Notes: generated from the sequence alone by a model not told the origin. DNA of 64,000 nucleotides from a bacterium BMS3Abin03 (GCA_022340715.1 JAJDNK010000061.1:633-64632); one strand, 5' to 3'. Counted from the stretch's first letter, positions 25,191 to 36,303 are shown. Numbers and translations: made by a program.

Positions 25191-25775
25191 ATGGACTCCA
25201 AAACTCTTCATATAAAAAATATGGTTTGCAACCGTTGTATAAAGGTTGTGCGGGAAGAAATTGAAAAACTGGATTATAATGTAGATAAAATCGAACTTGG
25301 TGAAGTACAAATCTCAACAAGCGAAAAAAACTTCGATATGGAAAAAATTCAATCCGTTCTTGAAAAAAACGGTTTTGAATTACTTAGCAGCAGAAATGCA
25401 AATATTATCGAACGGGTTAAAATTCTTATCATAAATCTGATTCATCACAATGAAGAAGATAACTTGTCAGAAGTCAATTTACACAAAGAGATAATTAAAA
25501 ACTCTGGCCTCAGCTATCAATATCTCAGCTCCTTGTTTTCCAGCATAGAAGGTATTACAATTGAAAAGTTCATCATTCAGCAAAAAATTGAAAAAGCAAA
25601 AGAATTGATTGTTTATGATGAGCTAACAATAAGTGAAATAGCATATAGATTAGGCTACAGTAGTGTTCAGCATTTATCTAACCAGTTTAAAAAAGTAACC
25701 GGGCTGTCTCCCAGCTATTTTAAGGGGCTCAAATCTCATAAAAGAAATCCAATCGATAAAATACAGCAATCTTAA
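25191..25775 (+). CDS. AraC-family transcriptional regulator with an N-terminal HMA-like (CxxC) metal-binding domain
   Basis: 194 aa. N-terminus LHIKNMVCNRCIKVVREEIEKL...LEKNGFEL resembles the ferredoxin-like HMA pattern with M-x-C-x-x-C. C-terminus ISEIAYRLGYSSVQHLSNQFKKVTGLSPSYF is an AraC HTH. Located directly upstream of copZ-copA. Confidence 0.75.
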   Translation: MDSKTLHIKNMVCNRCIKVVREEIEKLDYNVDKIELGEVQISTSEKNFDMEKIQSVLEKNGFELLSSRNANIIERVKILIINLIHHNEEDNLSEVNLHKEIIKNSGLSYQYLSSLFSSIEGITIEKFIIQQKIEKAKELIVYDELTISEIAYRLGYSSVQHLSNQFKKVTGLSPSYFKGLKSHKRNPIDKIQQS

Positions 25776-25870
25776 AATTTTATAAAATTATCCTTTCTTT
25801 ATATAACGAAGAAATTCGCTATTCAAACTATATTTAATACGTAAGAAATAAAATAAATGCAGGAATTAAA

Positions 25871-26068
25871 ATGGAACAAAAATTTAAAATAGAAGGAATG
25901 AGCTGCGGACATTGTGTAATGGCAGTTGAGAAATCATTAAACCAGTTAAATCTTATTAAAAAGAAAGTAAAAATTGGTTCTGCAAAAGTTAAGTTTGATC
26001 CTGAAATAGTAAGTGAACTGGAAATTAAAAATAAAATAGAAGAAGCGGGTTATAAAGTAGTACAATAA
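25871..26068 (+). CDS. copZ: Copper chaperone CopZ (HMA domain)
   Basis: 65 aa with FKIEGMSCGHCVMAVEKSL (GMxCxxC). Confidence 0.85.
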   Translation: MEQKFKIEGMSCGHCVMAVEKSLNQLNLIKKKVKIGSAKVKFDPEIVSELEIKNKIEEAGYKVVQ

Positions 26069-26082
26069 TATTGATTAAATAA

Positions 26083-28341
26083 ATGCTCGATATGGATTCA
26101 TCAAACTTAAATATTGAAAAAATTTCTGTTCCGGTTGAAGGAATGACCTGTGCAAGTTGTGTGGCGCGTGTGGAAAAATCCATTGCCAGAATTGATGGTG
26201 TACAGGAAGTAAATGTAAACCTTGCATCTGAAAAAGCTTCGATCACAATTGATAAATCAGAAGCAAATTACGAAGAAATAAAAAAAGCTGTGGAAGAAGC
26301 AGGTTATAAAATCAATTTTTCAGATCTTGATTCGGATCGGCTAAAAGAAAGTACTCATGATGAAAATAACAAAGAATCAGAATATGAATTAACAATTAAG
26401 AAAGAGTTTATCTTTGCCCTTATTTTAACAGTACCAATTTTAATTCTGAGTATAGGTTTTTCATTCGGTTTATTCGATGACTACCCTTCTTTCACACCAT
26501 ACATTAACAAAATACTTTTGATCCTGACCACACCTGTGGTTTTTATTCCTGGGAAAAGATTTTATAAAATCTTTTGGAACAATCTGAAGCACTTTACTGC
26601 CGATATGAATTCTCTTGTAGCAGTAGGAACCGGAGCTTCTTTTCTATTCAGTGTTTATATTACTTTGTTTCCAGAATTAATCTTATCACCAGGAGAAATT
26701 GCACATGCTTATTTCGATACAACTGTTGTTATTATAACCTTGATATTAATGGGCAGATGGCTTGAAGCAAGGTCAAAAGCAAAAACCGGAACAGCAATTA
26801 AAAAACTAATTTCGCTCAGACCTAAGGTTGCAATTATTAAAACAGTGGATGGTGAAAAATCTTTAAACATCAGCGAATTAATGATGAATGATATTGTTAT
26901 AGTAAAACCCGGTGAAAAAATTCCTGCTGATGGTGAAATAATTTACGGTAGTTCAACAATAGATGAATCGATGATTTCAGGAGAAAGTTTCCCGGTTGAA
27001 AAAAATACGGGTAGTAAAGTTGTTGGTGGGACAATTAATAACACAGGTTATTTTGAATTCAAAGTTACATCTACGGGAAAAAATTCTATTCTTGGAAAAA
27101 TAATTACTCTCGTTGAGGAAGCACAAGGTTCAAAAGCACCGATACAAAAACTTGCGGATAAAGTTGCTGAAGTATTTGTACCGGTTGTAATTTTAATCTC
27201 AATCATCACATTTATTCTATGGCTTGTATTTGGTGTAGAGAATTCATTCCAGGTTGCTTTGATAAATTTTGTTGCTGTATTGATTATCGCGTGTCCGTGT
27301 GCTATGGGATTAGCAACTCCCACAGCCTTAATTGTCGGTATGGGAAAAGGTGCTGAAAATGGAATATTAATAAAAAACGGAGAACATCTTGAGTTGGCTC
27401 ACAAAATAAATGCGATCCTTTTTGATAAAACCGGAACTTTAACCGAAGGTAAGCCGAAAATAAATTCAATTTTTAGTAACGGAACTGATGAGAAAATATT
27501 ATTGCAAATTGCTGCATCTCTGGAAAGCAGATCCGAGCACCCTATTGCAAAAGCGATTGTAGAGTATGCCGATTCACAAAAAATCACACTGATTCAACCC
27601 GAAGAATTTCAGAGCAGTACAGGACTTGGAATTTCAGGCAGAATAAATAATAAAGAAATATTGATTGGAACAAAAAGATTCTTAGAAGAAAATTCAATCG
27701 AAACTAACGGTACAGAGAATAAATCTAATGCTTCTGATTACAACGGAAAAACGAATGTATATATTAGTATTGATGAAAAAGTAGCTGGTTCGATATCATT
27801 AACCGACCCTGTTAAAGAAAATTCTGAGAAAGCAATCTCAGAATTGAAGAAATTAAAGCTTAAAACCGTAATGATTACCGGAGACAATAAAATCAGCGCA
27901 GAGCAAGTTGCGCAATCACTTAAGATCGATTCATTTGAATGGGGAGTTTTACCGGCTGACAAATCAAAGACTATTTCAAAATATCAATCCGGGAATAATA
28001 TTGTAGGTATGGTGGGTGATGGTATTAACGATGCCCCTGCACTCGCTCAGGCCGATGTTGGATTCGCAATTGGTACAGGAACGGATGTAGCAATTGAAAC
28101 CGGAGACATAGTTTTAATGAAAGGTGATTTGCAAGGTGTGGCTGGAGCAATAAAATTATCGAGGCAAACCATAAGAACGATTAAACAAAACTTGTTCTGG
28201 GCTTTTATTTATAATACTCTTGGAATTCCTCTTGCAGCACTTGGTTTACTTAATCCGATGTTTGCAGCTTTGGCTATGTCATTAAGTTCTGTTTCCGTAG
28301 TTACCAATTCATTACGTCTAAAAAGAGTAAAGCTTTCTTAA
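26083..28341 (+). CDS. copA: Copper-translocating P1B-type ATPase
   Basis: 752 aa with an N-terminal HMA (GMTCASCV), the CPC transmembrane motif (ACPCAMGLATP), DKTGTLT and GDGINDAPAL. Confidence 0.93.
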   Translation: MLDMDSSNLNIEKISVPVEGMTCASCVARVEKSIARIDGVQEVNVNLASEKASITIDKSEANYEEIKKAVEEAGYKINFSDLDSDRLKESTHDENNKESEYELTIKKEFIFALILTVPILILSIGFSFGLFDDYPSFTPYINKILLILTTPVVFIPGKRFYKIFWNNLKHFTADMNSLVAVGTGASFLFSVYITLFPELILSPGEIAHAYFDTTVVIITLILMGRWLEARSKAKTGTAIKKLISLRPKVAIIKTVDGEKSLNISELMMNDIVIVKPGEKIPADGEIIYGSSTIDESMISGESFPVEKNTGSKVVGGTINNTGYFEFKVTSTGKNSILGKIITLVEEAQGSKAPIQKLADKVAEVFVPVVILISIITFILWLVFGVENSFQVALINFVAVLIIACPCAMGLATPTALIVGMGKGAENGILIKNGEHLELAHKINAILFDKTGTLTEGKPKINSIFSNGTDEKILLQIAASLESRSEHPIAKAIVEYADSQKITLIQPEEFQSSTGLGISGRINNKEILIGTKRFLEENSIETNGTENKSNASDYNGKTNVYISIDEKVAGSISLTDPVKENSEKAISELKKLKLKTVMITGDNKISAEQVAQSLKIDSFEWGVLPADKSKTISKYQSGNNIVGMVGDGINDAPALAQADVGFAIGTGTDVAIETGDIVLMKGDLQGVAGAIKLSRQTIRTIKQNLFWAFIYNTLGIPLAALGLLNPMFAALAMSLSSVSVVTNSLRLKRVKLS

Positions 28342-28363
28342 TTAAGAGTATAGAAAATTATCT

Positions 28364-29380
28364 TTACTTCTTCGGAAGTCTTTCTAAATAGGAACTCTCA
28401 CTTAATATCGTAAAAGAATCCTTTGTTCTTAATTCATCCAGGTTCATACAATTCATATAGCTCATACAACTTTTCAGACCATCGGATATTCCATCGATTA
28501 CATTTTTAACCACGCCCTTGTATGGAACCATCGTTTCTTCACCTTCAATAAATTCATTTTTCATTTTCACACCGAATGAAGCTGAGCCACGGTATTTCTT
28601 CCATAATTGATCGTTATATTTTATTACCTCTCCTGGTGTTTCTTTCGTTCCTGCCAGCATTCTGCCAAGCATAGCAGCATCTGCACCTAAAGCAATTGCT
28701 TTAGCAACATCTCCGGGATTTTTTATACCACCGTCGGCAATAATTTTGATATTCAGTTTTTTATCTCTGCGAGCCTGAAGCACATCGAGCAATGAAGTAA
28801 CCTGACCAATTCCGATTCCGGTTTGAATACTTGTAGTGCAAACGCTTCCACTACCTATTCCTACTCTAACTGCATCTGCTCCTGCATTTTCCAATTGTTC
28901 AAGGGTTGCCCCGTGTGCGATGTTTCCAACAATTAATCTTAGATTAAACTTCTTTTTAATTTCTTCAGTTTTGTTTAAAACTTCATGATTATTCGCGTTA
29001 GCCGTATCCAGGCACAAAATATATCTCTTCTCTGCTAGTTTACCAATTATATCTATCGGTGTATTCAAAGCAATAGAAACTGATTTTATCTCATCACCAT
29101 TTTTGTCATTTTCAAGGATTTCCTTTAAAGAAGAATCAAACCTGTTTAGTATTCCTAAGCAACCTAAGCGACTCAATTCTTTTGCCATTACAATTCCAGT
29201 AACTGATTCCATGGGACTGGAAATTAGAGGAAGAAAAAGTTTTTCATCAAGAAATTTACAAGCGGTATCTGCTTCTTTTCTTGATTTAATCCTGCTTATT
29301 TCGGTTGGAACAAAACTAATGTCATCGTACGTAAGCGATTGTGAAAAATTATTAAGCTCGTCCTTGCTGTATACTTTCAT
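28364..29380 (-). CDS. IMPDH/GMP reductase family enzyme lacking a CBS pair (GMP reductase-like)
   Basis: 338 aa with YDDISFVP, the catalytic loop [10 protein letters not shown] and [20 protein letters not shown]. Confidence 0.75.
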   Translation of the reverse strand: MKVYSKDELNNFSQSLTYDDISFVPTEISRIKSRKEADTACKFLDEKLFLPLISSPMESVTGIVMAKELSRLGCLGILNRFDSSLKEILENDKNGDEIKSVSIALNTPIDIIGKLAEKRYILCLDTANANNHEVLNKTEEIKKKFNLRLIVGNIAHGATLEQLENAGADAVRVGIGSGSVCTTSIQTGIGIGQVTSLLDVLQARRDKKLNIKIIADGGIKNPGDVAKAIALGADAAMLGRMLAGTKETPGEVIKYNDQLWKKYRGSASFGVKMKNEFIEGEETMVPYKGVVKNVIDGISDGLKSCMSYMNCMNLDELRTKDSFTILSESSYLERLPKK

Positions 29381-29420
29381 TTTTAATAACCTCTAAAATT
29401 TTCCAGCTTTTAAAAATATT

Positions 29421-29452
29421 AACATAAAACACCCCGGACGAAATGACCGGGG
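29421..29452 (-). terminator. Rho-independent terminator downstream of pepF
   Basis: The minus strand reads CCCCGG-TCATTTCGT-CCGGGG followed by TGTTTTATGTT. The stem halves lie at 29432-29437 and 29447-29452. Confidence 0.65.
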
Positions 29453-29481
29453 CAACATTAAATCAAATATGTGTTTCTAAA

Positions 29482-31338
29482 TTACTTATCAGCAATTAAA
29501 TTTTCAATTTCAGATAATATTTCGTCCATCTTTGCAGATACAGCTAAAACAGGTTCAATGGAATTCATATCAACACCGGCTTCTTTCAAAATATTTATCG
29601 GGTAATCCGAGCTTCCGGATTTTAAAAAGTTCAAATATTTTTTAACGGCTGCTTCTCCTTCTGTTTTCACTTTATTAGCTAAAACTTCAGAAGCTGCAAA
29701 TCCTGTAGCATACTGATAGACATAAAAGTTGTAGTAAAAGTGAGGGATTCGTGCCCAGGTAAATTTTTCTTCTTCTTCAACGTGCATTGGTTCACCCCAA
29801 TACTTCTGATAAATATCTTTATATAATTCACTCAGAGTATCCCCTGTTAATGCTTCTCCTTTTTCTGTCTTATCATATACTATCATTTCAAACTCAGCAA
29901 ACATTACCTGGCGATAAAAAGTAGCTGTAATATTATTTAGATACTTTTCAAGTAGAAAAAGTTTTTGGTCCTTATCATCAGCATTTTTAATTAGGTAATC
30001 AAGCAGAAGTGCTTCGTTAAATGTGGAGGCAACTTCTGCAACAAATATCGAATAATTTGCATAAGGAAATGGTTGGGTCTTGCCTGTATAATATGAATGC
30101 ATATTATGACCCATTTCATGAGCAAGAGTAAAAACATCGTTAAGTAAATCTGTCCAGTTCAGAAGGACATAAGGATGAACACTGTAAGTTGTTCCGGATG
30201 AATAGGCACCGCTCTTTTTAGCTTTAGATTCATACACGTCAATCCAACAATTATCAAATGCCCGGGTAAGTGAACTCAGATAATCATCACCCAAATCCTT
30301 TAATGCCTCACATACAATTTTTTTCGCTTCCGGGTAAGGATAATTTTTCTCATTCTTATTTTGAAAAACGGAAACATAAACATCATAAGGTTTTAACTTA
30401 TCTATACCTAACAATTTCTTTTTTAAGTCCGCCCATCTATGTAAGGATGCTAAATTTTTATTAACTCCATCTACCAGATTATCATAGACCGAAAGAGGTA
30501 TATTATTTCTATCGAGGGCTGCTTCACGGGCTGAATTGTATTTCCTTGCTCTTGCGAAAAAGATATTTGTTTTAAGACTTCCATTGAACATTGTGGTAAA
30601 TGTATTCATATATTCTTTGTATGGAAGTAGATAAGATTTGAACGCTTTTTCCCTGAATGAACGATCTTTAGAATACATTGCAGCATAAAATCTTGCATGT
30701 GTAATTTCAATTTCATTTCCCGAATCATCTTTAACTTTTCCGAATCTCAGATCTGCATTAGTAAACATCGAATAACTATTATATGCATTCTGAGAAATCT
30801 CACCGGCAAGGGCCAGCAACTGTTCTTCAGGTTTTGACAAAGAATGAGTTTTTGTTCTAAGCAAATCATCAATTACATGCTGGTAAATTTTTAAATTTTC
30901 ATTTGAGCTCACCATTGCTAATAGTTTTTCATCAGGGATTTCGAGAAGTTCGGGTCTTATAAATGAACTTTCCGCAGAAGCTTTTGAATGAAGCGATTTT
31001 ATTCTTTCCTCCATTGCCTGGTACTTAGGAATGCTCATATCACTGTCTTTTGAGAGCATTGCATATAAATATAACCTCTCGAGCTTAATGCCGATTTCAT
31101 CATCAAATTTAAAGCACGCAAGAAGGTTTTCAGCATTGCTACTCAATTTACCGATGAATTTACGATATTCCGGAAGTTGATTCTTTACCCAGTTAAAATC
31201 TTTTTCCCAATCGTTATCAGATTTATAAATATCGGTTAAATTCCACTTATATTCTTCCGCTATCTCAGTGCGATTGGTAAAAGCACTATTCATTTCTTTA
31301 TTATGTAGTCTCATCTCATTTAATAAAAAGGCTTGCAT
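29482..31338 (-). CDS. pepF: Oligoendopeptidase F (M3B metallopeptidase)
   Basis: 618 aa with the zinc motif TLAHEMGHNMH and typical PepF length and architecture. Confidence 0.88.
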   Translation of the reverse strand: MQAFLLNEMRLHNKEMNSAFTNRTEIAEEYKWNLTDIYKSDNDWEKDFNWVKNQLPEYRKFIGKLSSNAENLLACFKFDDEIGIKLERLYLYAMLSKDSDMSIPKYQAMEERIKSLHSKASAESSFIRPELLEIPDEKLLAMVSSNENLKIYQHVIDDLLRTKTHSLSKPEEQLLALAGEISQNAYNSYSMFTNADLRFGKVKDDSGNEIEITHARFYAAMYSKDRSFREKAFKSYLLPYKEYMNTFTTMFNGSLKTNIFFARARKYNSAREAALDRNNIPLSVYDNLVDGVNKNLASLHRWADLKKKLLGIDKLKPYDVYVSVFQNKNEKNYPYPEAKKIVCEALKDLGDDYLSSLTRAFDNCWIDVYESKAKKSGAYSSGTTYSVHPYVLLNWTDLLNDVFTLAHEMGHNMHSYYTGKTQPFPYANYSIFVAEVASTFNEALLLDYLIKNADDKDQKLFLLEKYLNNITATFYRQVMFAEFEMIVYDKTEKGEALTGDTLSELYKDIYQKYWGEPMHVEEEEKFTWARIPHFYYNFYVYQYATGFAASEVLANKVKTEGEAAVKKYLNFLKSGSSDYPINILKEAGVDMNSIEPVLAVSAKMDEILSEIENLIADK

Positions 31339-31539
31339 AGGTATTACCCCCGTGTAAAATCAATAAATTATTTGAATTATTATACATTTTATTAAAATAA
31401 AAAAAATCCTTGATTATATAAAAATTTGTTGGCTTTTTTAAAGTCTAATTTGTGTTTTATAATGATTATTCCCCTATTTATAACATAGAACTAAAGTGGG
31501 GTTAAGTTTCGTATCCGTGTTTGAAGATATTTTTCAGAA

Positions 31540-31968
31540 TTAGTATGCCGTATTCAACTGAATTTTCAATTTCCCCGAAAAATCATCAGCTTCAATTTCT
31601 ATCAGGTATGGAACAAAACCGCTGAGCGATTCTTTGTAATTATATTCATTTGTATTTCCGAAATAACTGAACCGGTTAACCGATTGATTGTCTTTAATTT
31701 TAAACCTGAACGTACCGGAAGAATAATCCGTAATTGAAATTGATATCTGAGTATAGAACGATGAGAAATCTGCTTGTTTTTTATATTTTACACTTATTTT
31801 CTTTGCATCGATAAGAAATGTATACGAATTAAAATTGTTCAGTTCCAGGGGTTCATTTACATTTCCCGCAAATTCATCCGGTAAAACTATATTTTCACGA
31901 CAGGAAACACTTAAAAAGATAATATTACTAACAAAAATTAAGAAAATATTGGGGGAGAATTTGTTCAT
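31540..31968 (-). CDS. Hypothetical lipoprotein
   Basis: 142 aa with a signal peptide and lipobox-like FLSVSC. Confidence 0.5.
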   Translation of the reverse strand: MNKFSPNIFLIFVSNIIFLSVSCRENIVLPDEFAGNVNEPLELNNFNSYTFLIDAKKISVKYKKQADFSSFYTQISISITDYSSGTFRFKIKDNQSVNRFSYFGNTNEYNYKESLSGFVPYLIEIEADDFSGKLKIQLNTAY

Positions 31969-32097
31969 AATCGATTACTATCTTTTGAGTTTTCTTAACA
32001 TATTTTAAAAGAATATTATAAAAAACGCAATGGAATTACAAGCAAATTAAATGTCTCAAACCATAAGTTTGAATTACTTATCCTGAAAATCATTTTT

Positions 32098-33597
32098 TCA
32101 TTTTATTATAGCCCAGGCGGGCATCTGGTCGAGTCCGAAAATTACATTCCCCAACAAATACATGAGTAATATCAGAACGAAAACAGCTATAAAATCAATT
32201 ACCACTCCAGTTCTAAACATCTGATAGATTTTAACTTTTCCCGTAGCAAAGATTATAGTATTCGGTGGAGTGGCAACTGGCAGCATAAACGCCATCGAAG
32301 CTGATAGTGTTGCAGTGATCATCAGCAGCATTGGATTTAAATTAATTGCTACGGAAACAGAAGCCATAATCGGAAGAATCATTTGAGTTGTAGCAGTATT
32401 GGATGTTAGTTCAGTTAACAATATTACTGAAGTCGCTATTAAGAAAATCATTAAAATATGCGGGAAGGATACCAAACCCGATACCTGGTTACCTATAAAT
32501 TGAGAAAGTCCTGTCGATGTAAAACCATTAGCAAGTGCAAAACCGCCACCGAAAAGAAGAACTATCCCCCATGGAATTTTACTAAACACTTCAGAATCAA
32601 GTAGTGTTTTTCCTGAACTTTTTGACGGTATAAAAAATAATAGGGACGACATCGTAATTGCTACAGTGCCATCATTAATAAAAGAAGAATGAAAGAAAAG
32701 ATTTGACCAGCCGGGAATTTCGAATATTCCAAGATTCAGATTTGTTCTGAAGATCCAGAGAAATGCTGTAGACGCAAAGACGATACTTATAAATTTTTCC
32801 TCCGGTGTCATTGGTCCAAGTTTACGGTATTCAAGCCTGATAAATTCTTTTTCCAGGTAAATCAATTTATCTATTTTATAAAAAACTTTTGTTATAAATA
32901 AAGCTGTTACCACCAGCAAAATAATTGTGATAGGTAAAGCAAAGATCATCCAGGAGCCAAATGAAACTTCCGGTGAATCGGGGAAAACTATATTCAAAGT
33001 TTTAACGAATACAAGATTTGGCGGAGTTCCTACCAAGGTTGCCATACCGCCAATAGAACATGAATATGCAATTGCTAACAACACAGCAATAGAGAAATCA
33101 CCAATTTTTTCTTTACCAAATTCATCTTCCAGCCTGGAGATAATTGCCGATGCAATTGGAAGCATCATAATTGCTGTTGCCGTATTTGAAATCCACATGG
33201 ATAAAAACGCACTCGCGACCATAAAACCTATAATTATTGAGTTCGGACTACCGCCAAATAATTTAATTATTCTAAGAGCAATTCGTTTGTGTAATCCCCA
33301 GTTTTCCATTGCTATAGCAATCATAAATCCACCAACGAACAAGAATATTATGGAGTTAATATATGATCCTGCAACTTTCTCGGCAGTGAGTATTCCAAAA
33401 AATGGATAAAGTATTAAGGGAACTAATGAAGTAGCGGCAAGTGGAATTGCCTCAGTTATCCACCAAAGTGCCATTAAGGCTGCGATTGCTGCCATTGTTG
33501 TAACCTGTGGATTAGAAGGATCGAGATTTCCGAAGTAATAAATGATTAATGAAACAATTATTCCCGCAATCAGACCGAACTTTTTTGCTGCATCCAT
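32098..33597 (-). CDS. SLC13/DASS-family anion (dicarboxylate/sulfate):sodium symporter
   Basis: 499 aa, polytopic, with duplicated SNTAT-type hairpin motifs (ISNTATAIMMLP and TSNTATTQMILP). Confidence 0.8.
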   Translation of the reverse strand: MDAAKKFGLIAGIIVSLIIYYFGNLDPSNPQVTTMAAIAALMALWWITEAIPLAATSLVPLILYPFFGILTAEKVAGSYINSIIFLFVGGFMIAIAMENWGLHKRIALRIIKLFGGSPNSIIIGFMVASAFLSMWISNTATAIMMLPIASAIISRLEDEFGKEKIGDFSIAVLLAIAYSCSIGGMATLVGTPPNLVFVKTLNIVFPDSPEVSFGSWMIFALPITIILLVVTALFITKVFYKIDKLIYLEKEFIRLEYRKLGPMTPEEKFISIVFASTAFLWIFRTNLNLGIFEIPGWSNLFFHSSFINDGTVAITMSSLLFFIPSKSSGKTLLDSEVFSKIPWGIVLLFGGGFALANGFTSTGLSQFIGNQVSGLVSFPHILMIFLIATSVILLTELTSNTATTQMILPIMASVSVAINLNPMLLMITATLSASMAFMLPVATPPNTIIFATGKVKIYQMFRTGVVIDFIAVFVLILLMYLLGNVIFGLDQMPAWAIIK

Positions 33598-33766
33598 TTA
33601 ATCATTTGAGGTTAGCTTAATTATAATGTAAAAATAATTATTTATCCATTAATAATAAATCGTTCTTACAATTAAGATTATTAAAAAGATAATAATGATT
33701 TCTTTCATTGATATCCTCATTCCATTCTTTTAAATTGCAAACCAATTCTTGATTTAATTAAACTAT

Positions 33767-35050
33767 TTGATGTCATTATTCCGTTCGTCAGATCTTATTT
33801 TCAGATCAGTACTCTTAGCTACTGTAATTTTTCTTTTAATTTTTCTTTTAAAAGAGCTTATAGGTTCTAAAACTGAAACTAACGAATTATTATCTTCACC
33901 TGTTTTAGTTAATACAAATGTATTTGGTTTTGTTGATGATACTTTAAACCAGACAACTGAAACTGTTAGCAATAATGAAACCCTTTCAGAGATTTTAGAT
34001 CCATATTTTTTACAGAATACAAATGTTTCTAAGATCGCACAAATCTCAAGAAATATTTTTGATGTGCGAAAAATCCGTTCCGGTAACACCTATCATTTGT
34101 TTACATTGAATGACAGTCTGAGTACTCTCGAGTATTTTGTTTATGAGTTAAACGCAATAGATTATGTGGTCTTTGATCTTAGGGATTCTGTTAATGTTTA
34201 TTCCGGGGAAAAAACAGTCACAATTCGAAAAAACAGTAAATCTGCAATTATAAAGACATCGTTGTTTGATGCTTTAATAGAAAACAATGCAAGCATAAAT
34301 CTGGCAGTCAGGCTATCAAAAATTTTTGCATGGCAAATAGATTTTTACCGGCTTCAAAAAGGCGATAATTTCAAAGTGATTTACGAGGAAGAATATGTGG
34401 ACGACCAAATGGTAGGAATCGGGAAAGTGCTCGGAGCATATTTTTCTCACTACGGAAAGAGTTATTACGCTATACCATTTATTCAGGATAGTGTATATCA
34501 ATTTTTTGATGAAAATGGAAACAGTCTGAGAAAAGAATTCCTGAAAATGCCGATTGAGTTTGCCAGGATTACATCACGTTTTAGCTCCCGAAGATTGCAT
34601 CCTGTCTTAAAAGTTTACCGTCCGCATTATGGTGTAGATTATGCGGCACCCACCGGAACACCAATAAAATCTGTTGGTGATGGAACTGTTGAATCTGCTT
34701 CTTATTCAGGAGGTAATGGAAATTATGTTAAGATAAGACATAACTCAGTTTACACAACAATGTATTTGCATATGTCGAGATTTGCAAAAGCAATTAAAAG
34801 AGGCACAAAAGTAAAACAAGGTCAGATAATTGGTTATGTTGGAAGTACAGGTTTAGCAACCGCTCCGCATTGTCATTATATTTTTTACGTTAACGGTACT
34901 CCCGTAGATCCATTAAAAGTTGAACTACCGCCTTCCCATCCGGTTAAAGCTAATTTAAGAAATGCTTATCAAATACAGAAAAGATTAGTGATGTATGAAT
35001 TGGAAAAGGTAAAATTACCGGCAGATAGTTTAGACCAACCACCGGCTTAA
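33767..35050 (+). CDS. M23-family (LytM-type) peptidoglycan endopeptidase
   Basis: 427 aa with an N-terminal TM helix. HYGVDYAAPTGTPI and ATAPHCHY are the HxxxD and HxH zinc motifs. The likely real start is the ATG at 33770. Confidence 0.85.
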   Translation: MMSLFRSSDLIFRSVLLATVIFLLIFLLKELIGSKTETNELLSSPVLVNTNVFGFVDDTLNQTTETVSNNETLSEILDPYFLQNTNVSKIAQISRNIFDVRKIRSGNTYHLFTLNDSLSTLEYFVYELNAIDYVVFDLRDSVNVYSGEKTVTIRKNSKSAIIKTSLFDALIENNASINLAVRLSKIFAWQIDFYRLQKGDNFKVIYEEEYVDDQMVGIGKVLGAYFSHYGKSYYAIPFIQDSVYQFFDENGNSLRKEFLKMPIEFARITSRFSSRRLHPVLKVYRPHYGVDYAAPTGTPIKSVGDGTVESASYSGGNGNYVKIRHNSVYTTMYLHMSRFAKAIKRGTKVKQGQIIGYVGSTGLATAPHCHYIFYVNGTPVDPLKVELPPSHPVKANLRNAYQIQKRLVMYELEKVKLPADSLDQPPA

Positions 35051-35291
35051 TAAAGTTTACGATCCTTCAAATCCGATAAAAACCACTTATCATTTAACTT
35101 TTAATTCACCTTTTATCAAGTTATGATTCTTTCATATATTTAATAATTCAATTTTAGTGCTGACTTAATACTTATAAAACAAGCACAATTAATTTGTCAT
35201 AAAACAGTAAAAGCACATATTAGAATAATCAGTTATACAAAAGAAAGTTTAAATCTAATTAAATACTTTTCAAAAATTCCCGGAGATAAAA

Positions 35292-36242
35292 TTGTCGGCG
35301 AAAGAAAATCTGAAAAAATTTTTCTCATTAAAAAAAACTGAACGTAAAAAACCGCAAACACCAAAAGAAAAAGTCATAGAATTTTTCAGACAGTTGTTTT
35401 TTGCTGCTATTGCTGCATTTTTTATAATTACTTTTATAATCCAGAATACTCGTATTCCAACTGGTTCAATGGAAGATACAATCCTCGTTGGTGATTTTGT
35501 ATTAGTAAATAAATTTATATACGGATCATCTTCACCAAAATATATTCCCTTTACTGAGGTAGAAATACCTCATTTCAGATTGCCAGCTCTTAGGGAACCA
35601 CACCATACGGATATTGTTGTTTTTGAATACCCGGGGGATCGCGATCAGCTTAAAGCCACTGAACTTGGAGTGAATTATGTTAAAAGATGTATTGGAACAC
35701 CCGGTGACACAATCCTGATTAGAGACAAAGTTGTCTTTGTTAATGGAAAAGAGTTCTGGCGTCCACCACACATAAAATATTACCGTGGAATGAACGGTGA
35801 TTTCTTAAAACCGAAGCCCCTTGGTTATGGAGATCCAAGAATTTTTCCCAAAGGGATGAATTGGAATGAAGACAATTATGGACCTTTAGTAGTCCCTAAA
35901 AAAGGTTATACAATTCCTTTAAATAAAGATAATGTTGAACAATGGCGTACAACAATAGATCGTGAATATGGTGAAAGAGTAGTTAATGTAGAAAATAACG
36001 TAGTTAAAATTAAAGGAGTTCCGGTTACATCATACACATTTAAGAAAGATTATTTTTTTATGATGGGTGATAACAGGGATGATAGTTTGGATAGCAGATT
36101 CTGGGGATTTGTAGCAAGAGATATGGTTGTCGGACAAGCCTTTATTACACTCTTTTCTTGGGATAGAAATATTCCCTTCTCTGAATTATTTAAACTTCTT
36201 GGTTCAATAAGACTGGACCGGGTACTAAAACTATTACATTAG
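35292..36242 (+). CDS. lepB: Signal peptidase I
   Basis: 316 aa with the catalytic Ser box IPTGSMEDT, the Lys box YVKRCIG and GDNRDDSLDSRFWGFV. TTG start with a GGAG SD. Confidence 0.9.
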   Translation: MSAKENLKKFFSLKKTERKKPQTPKEKVIEFFRQLFFAAIAAFFIITFIIQNTRIPTGSMEDTILVGDFVLVNKFIYGSSSPKYIPFTEVEIPHFRLPALREPHHTDIVVFEYPGDRDQLKATELGVNYVKRCIGTPGDTILIRDKVVFVNGKEFWRPPHIKYYRGMNGDFLKPKPLGYGDPRIFPKGMNWNEDNYGPLVVPKKGYTIPLNKDNVEQWRTTIDREYGERVVNVENNVVKIKGVPVTSYTFKKDYFFMMGDNRDDSLDSRFWGFVARDMVVGQAFITLFSWDRNIPFSELFKLLGSIRLDRVLKLLH

Positions 36243-36250
36243 AATTAATT

Positions 36251-36278
36251 AAAAAAGGCTGCCATAATTGGCAGCCTT
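36251..36278. terminator. Terminator hairpin between convergent lepB and the TonB receptor gene (stronger on the minus strand)
   Basis: AAGGCTGCC-ATAATT-GGCAGCCTT (9-bp stem, 36255-36278). It is flanked by an A6 run at 36251-36256, whose last two A form the base of the stem; on the minus strand this reads as a run of T at and beyond the end of the stem. Confidence 0.75.
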
Positions 36279-36303
36279 CATAATAATTATATATCTAAAA
36301 TTA

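Noticed and set aside
25776-25789. Perfect 14-bp palindrome AATTTTATAAAATT next to the HMA-AraC stop codon, considered as an operator
   Set aside because: It is pure A/T, and such palindromes are expected by chance in this composition. There is no second copy near the copZ promoter.
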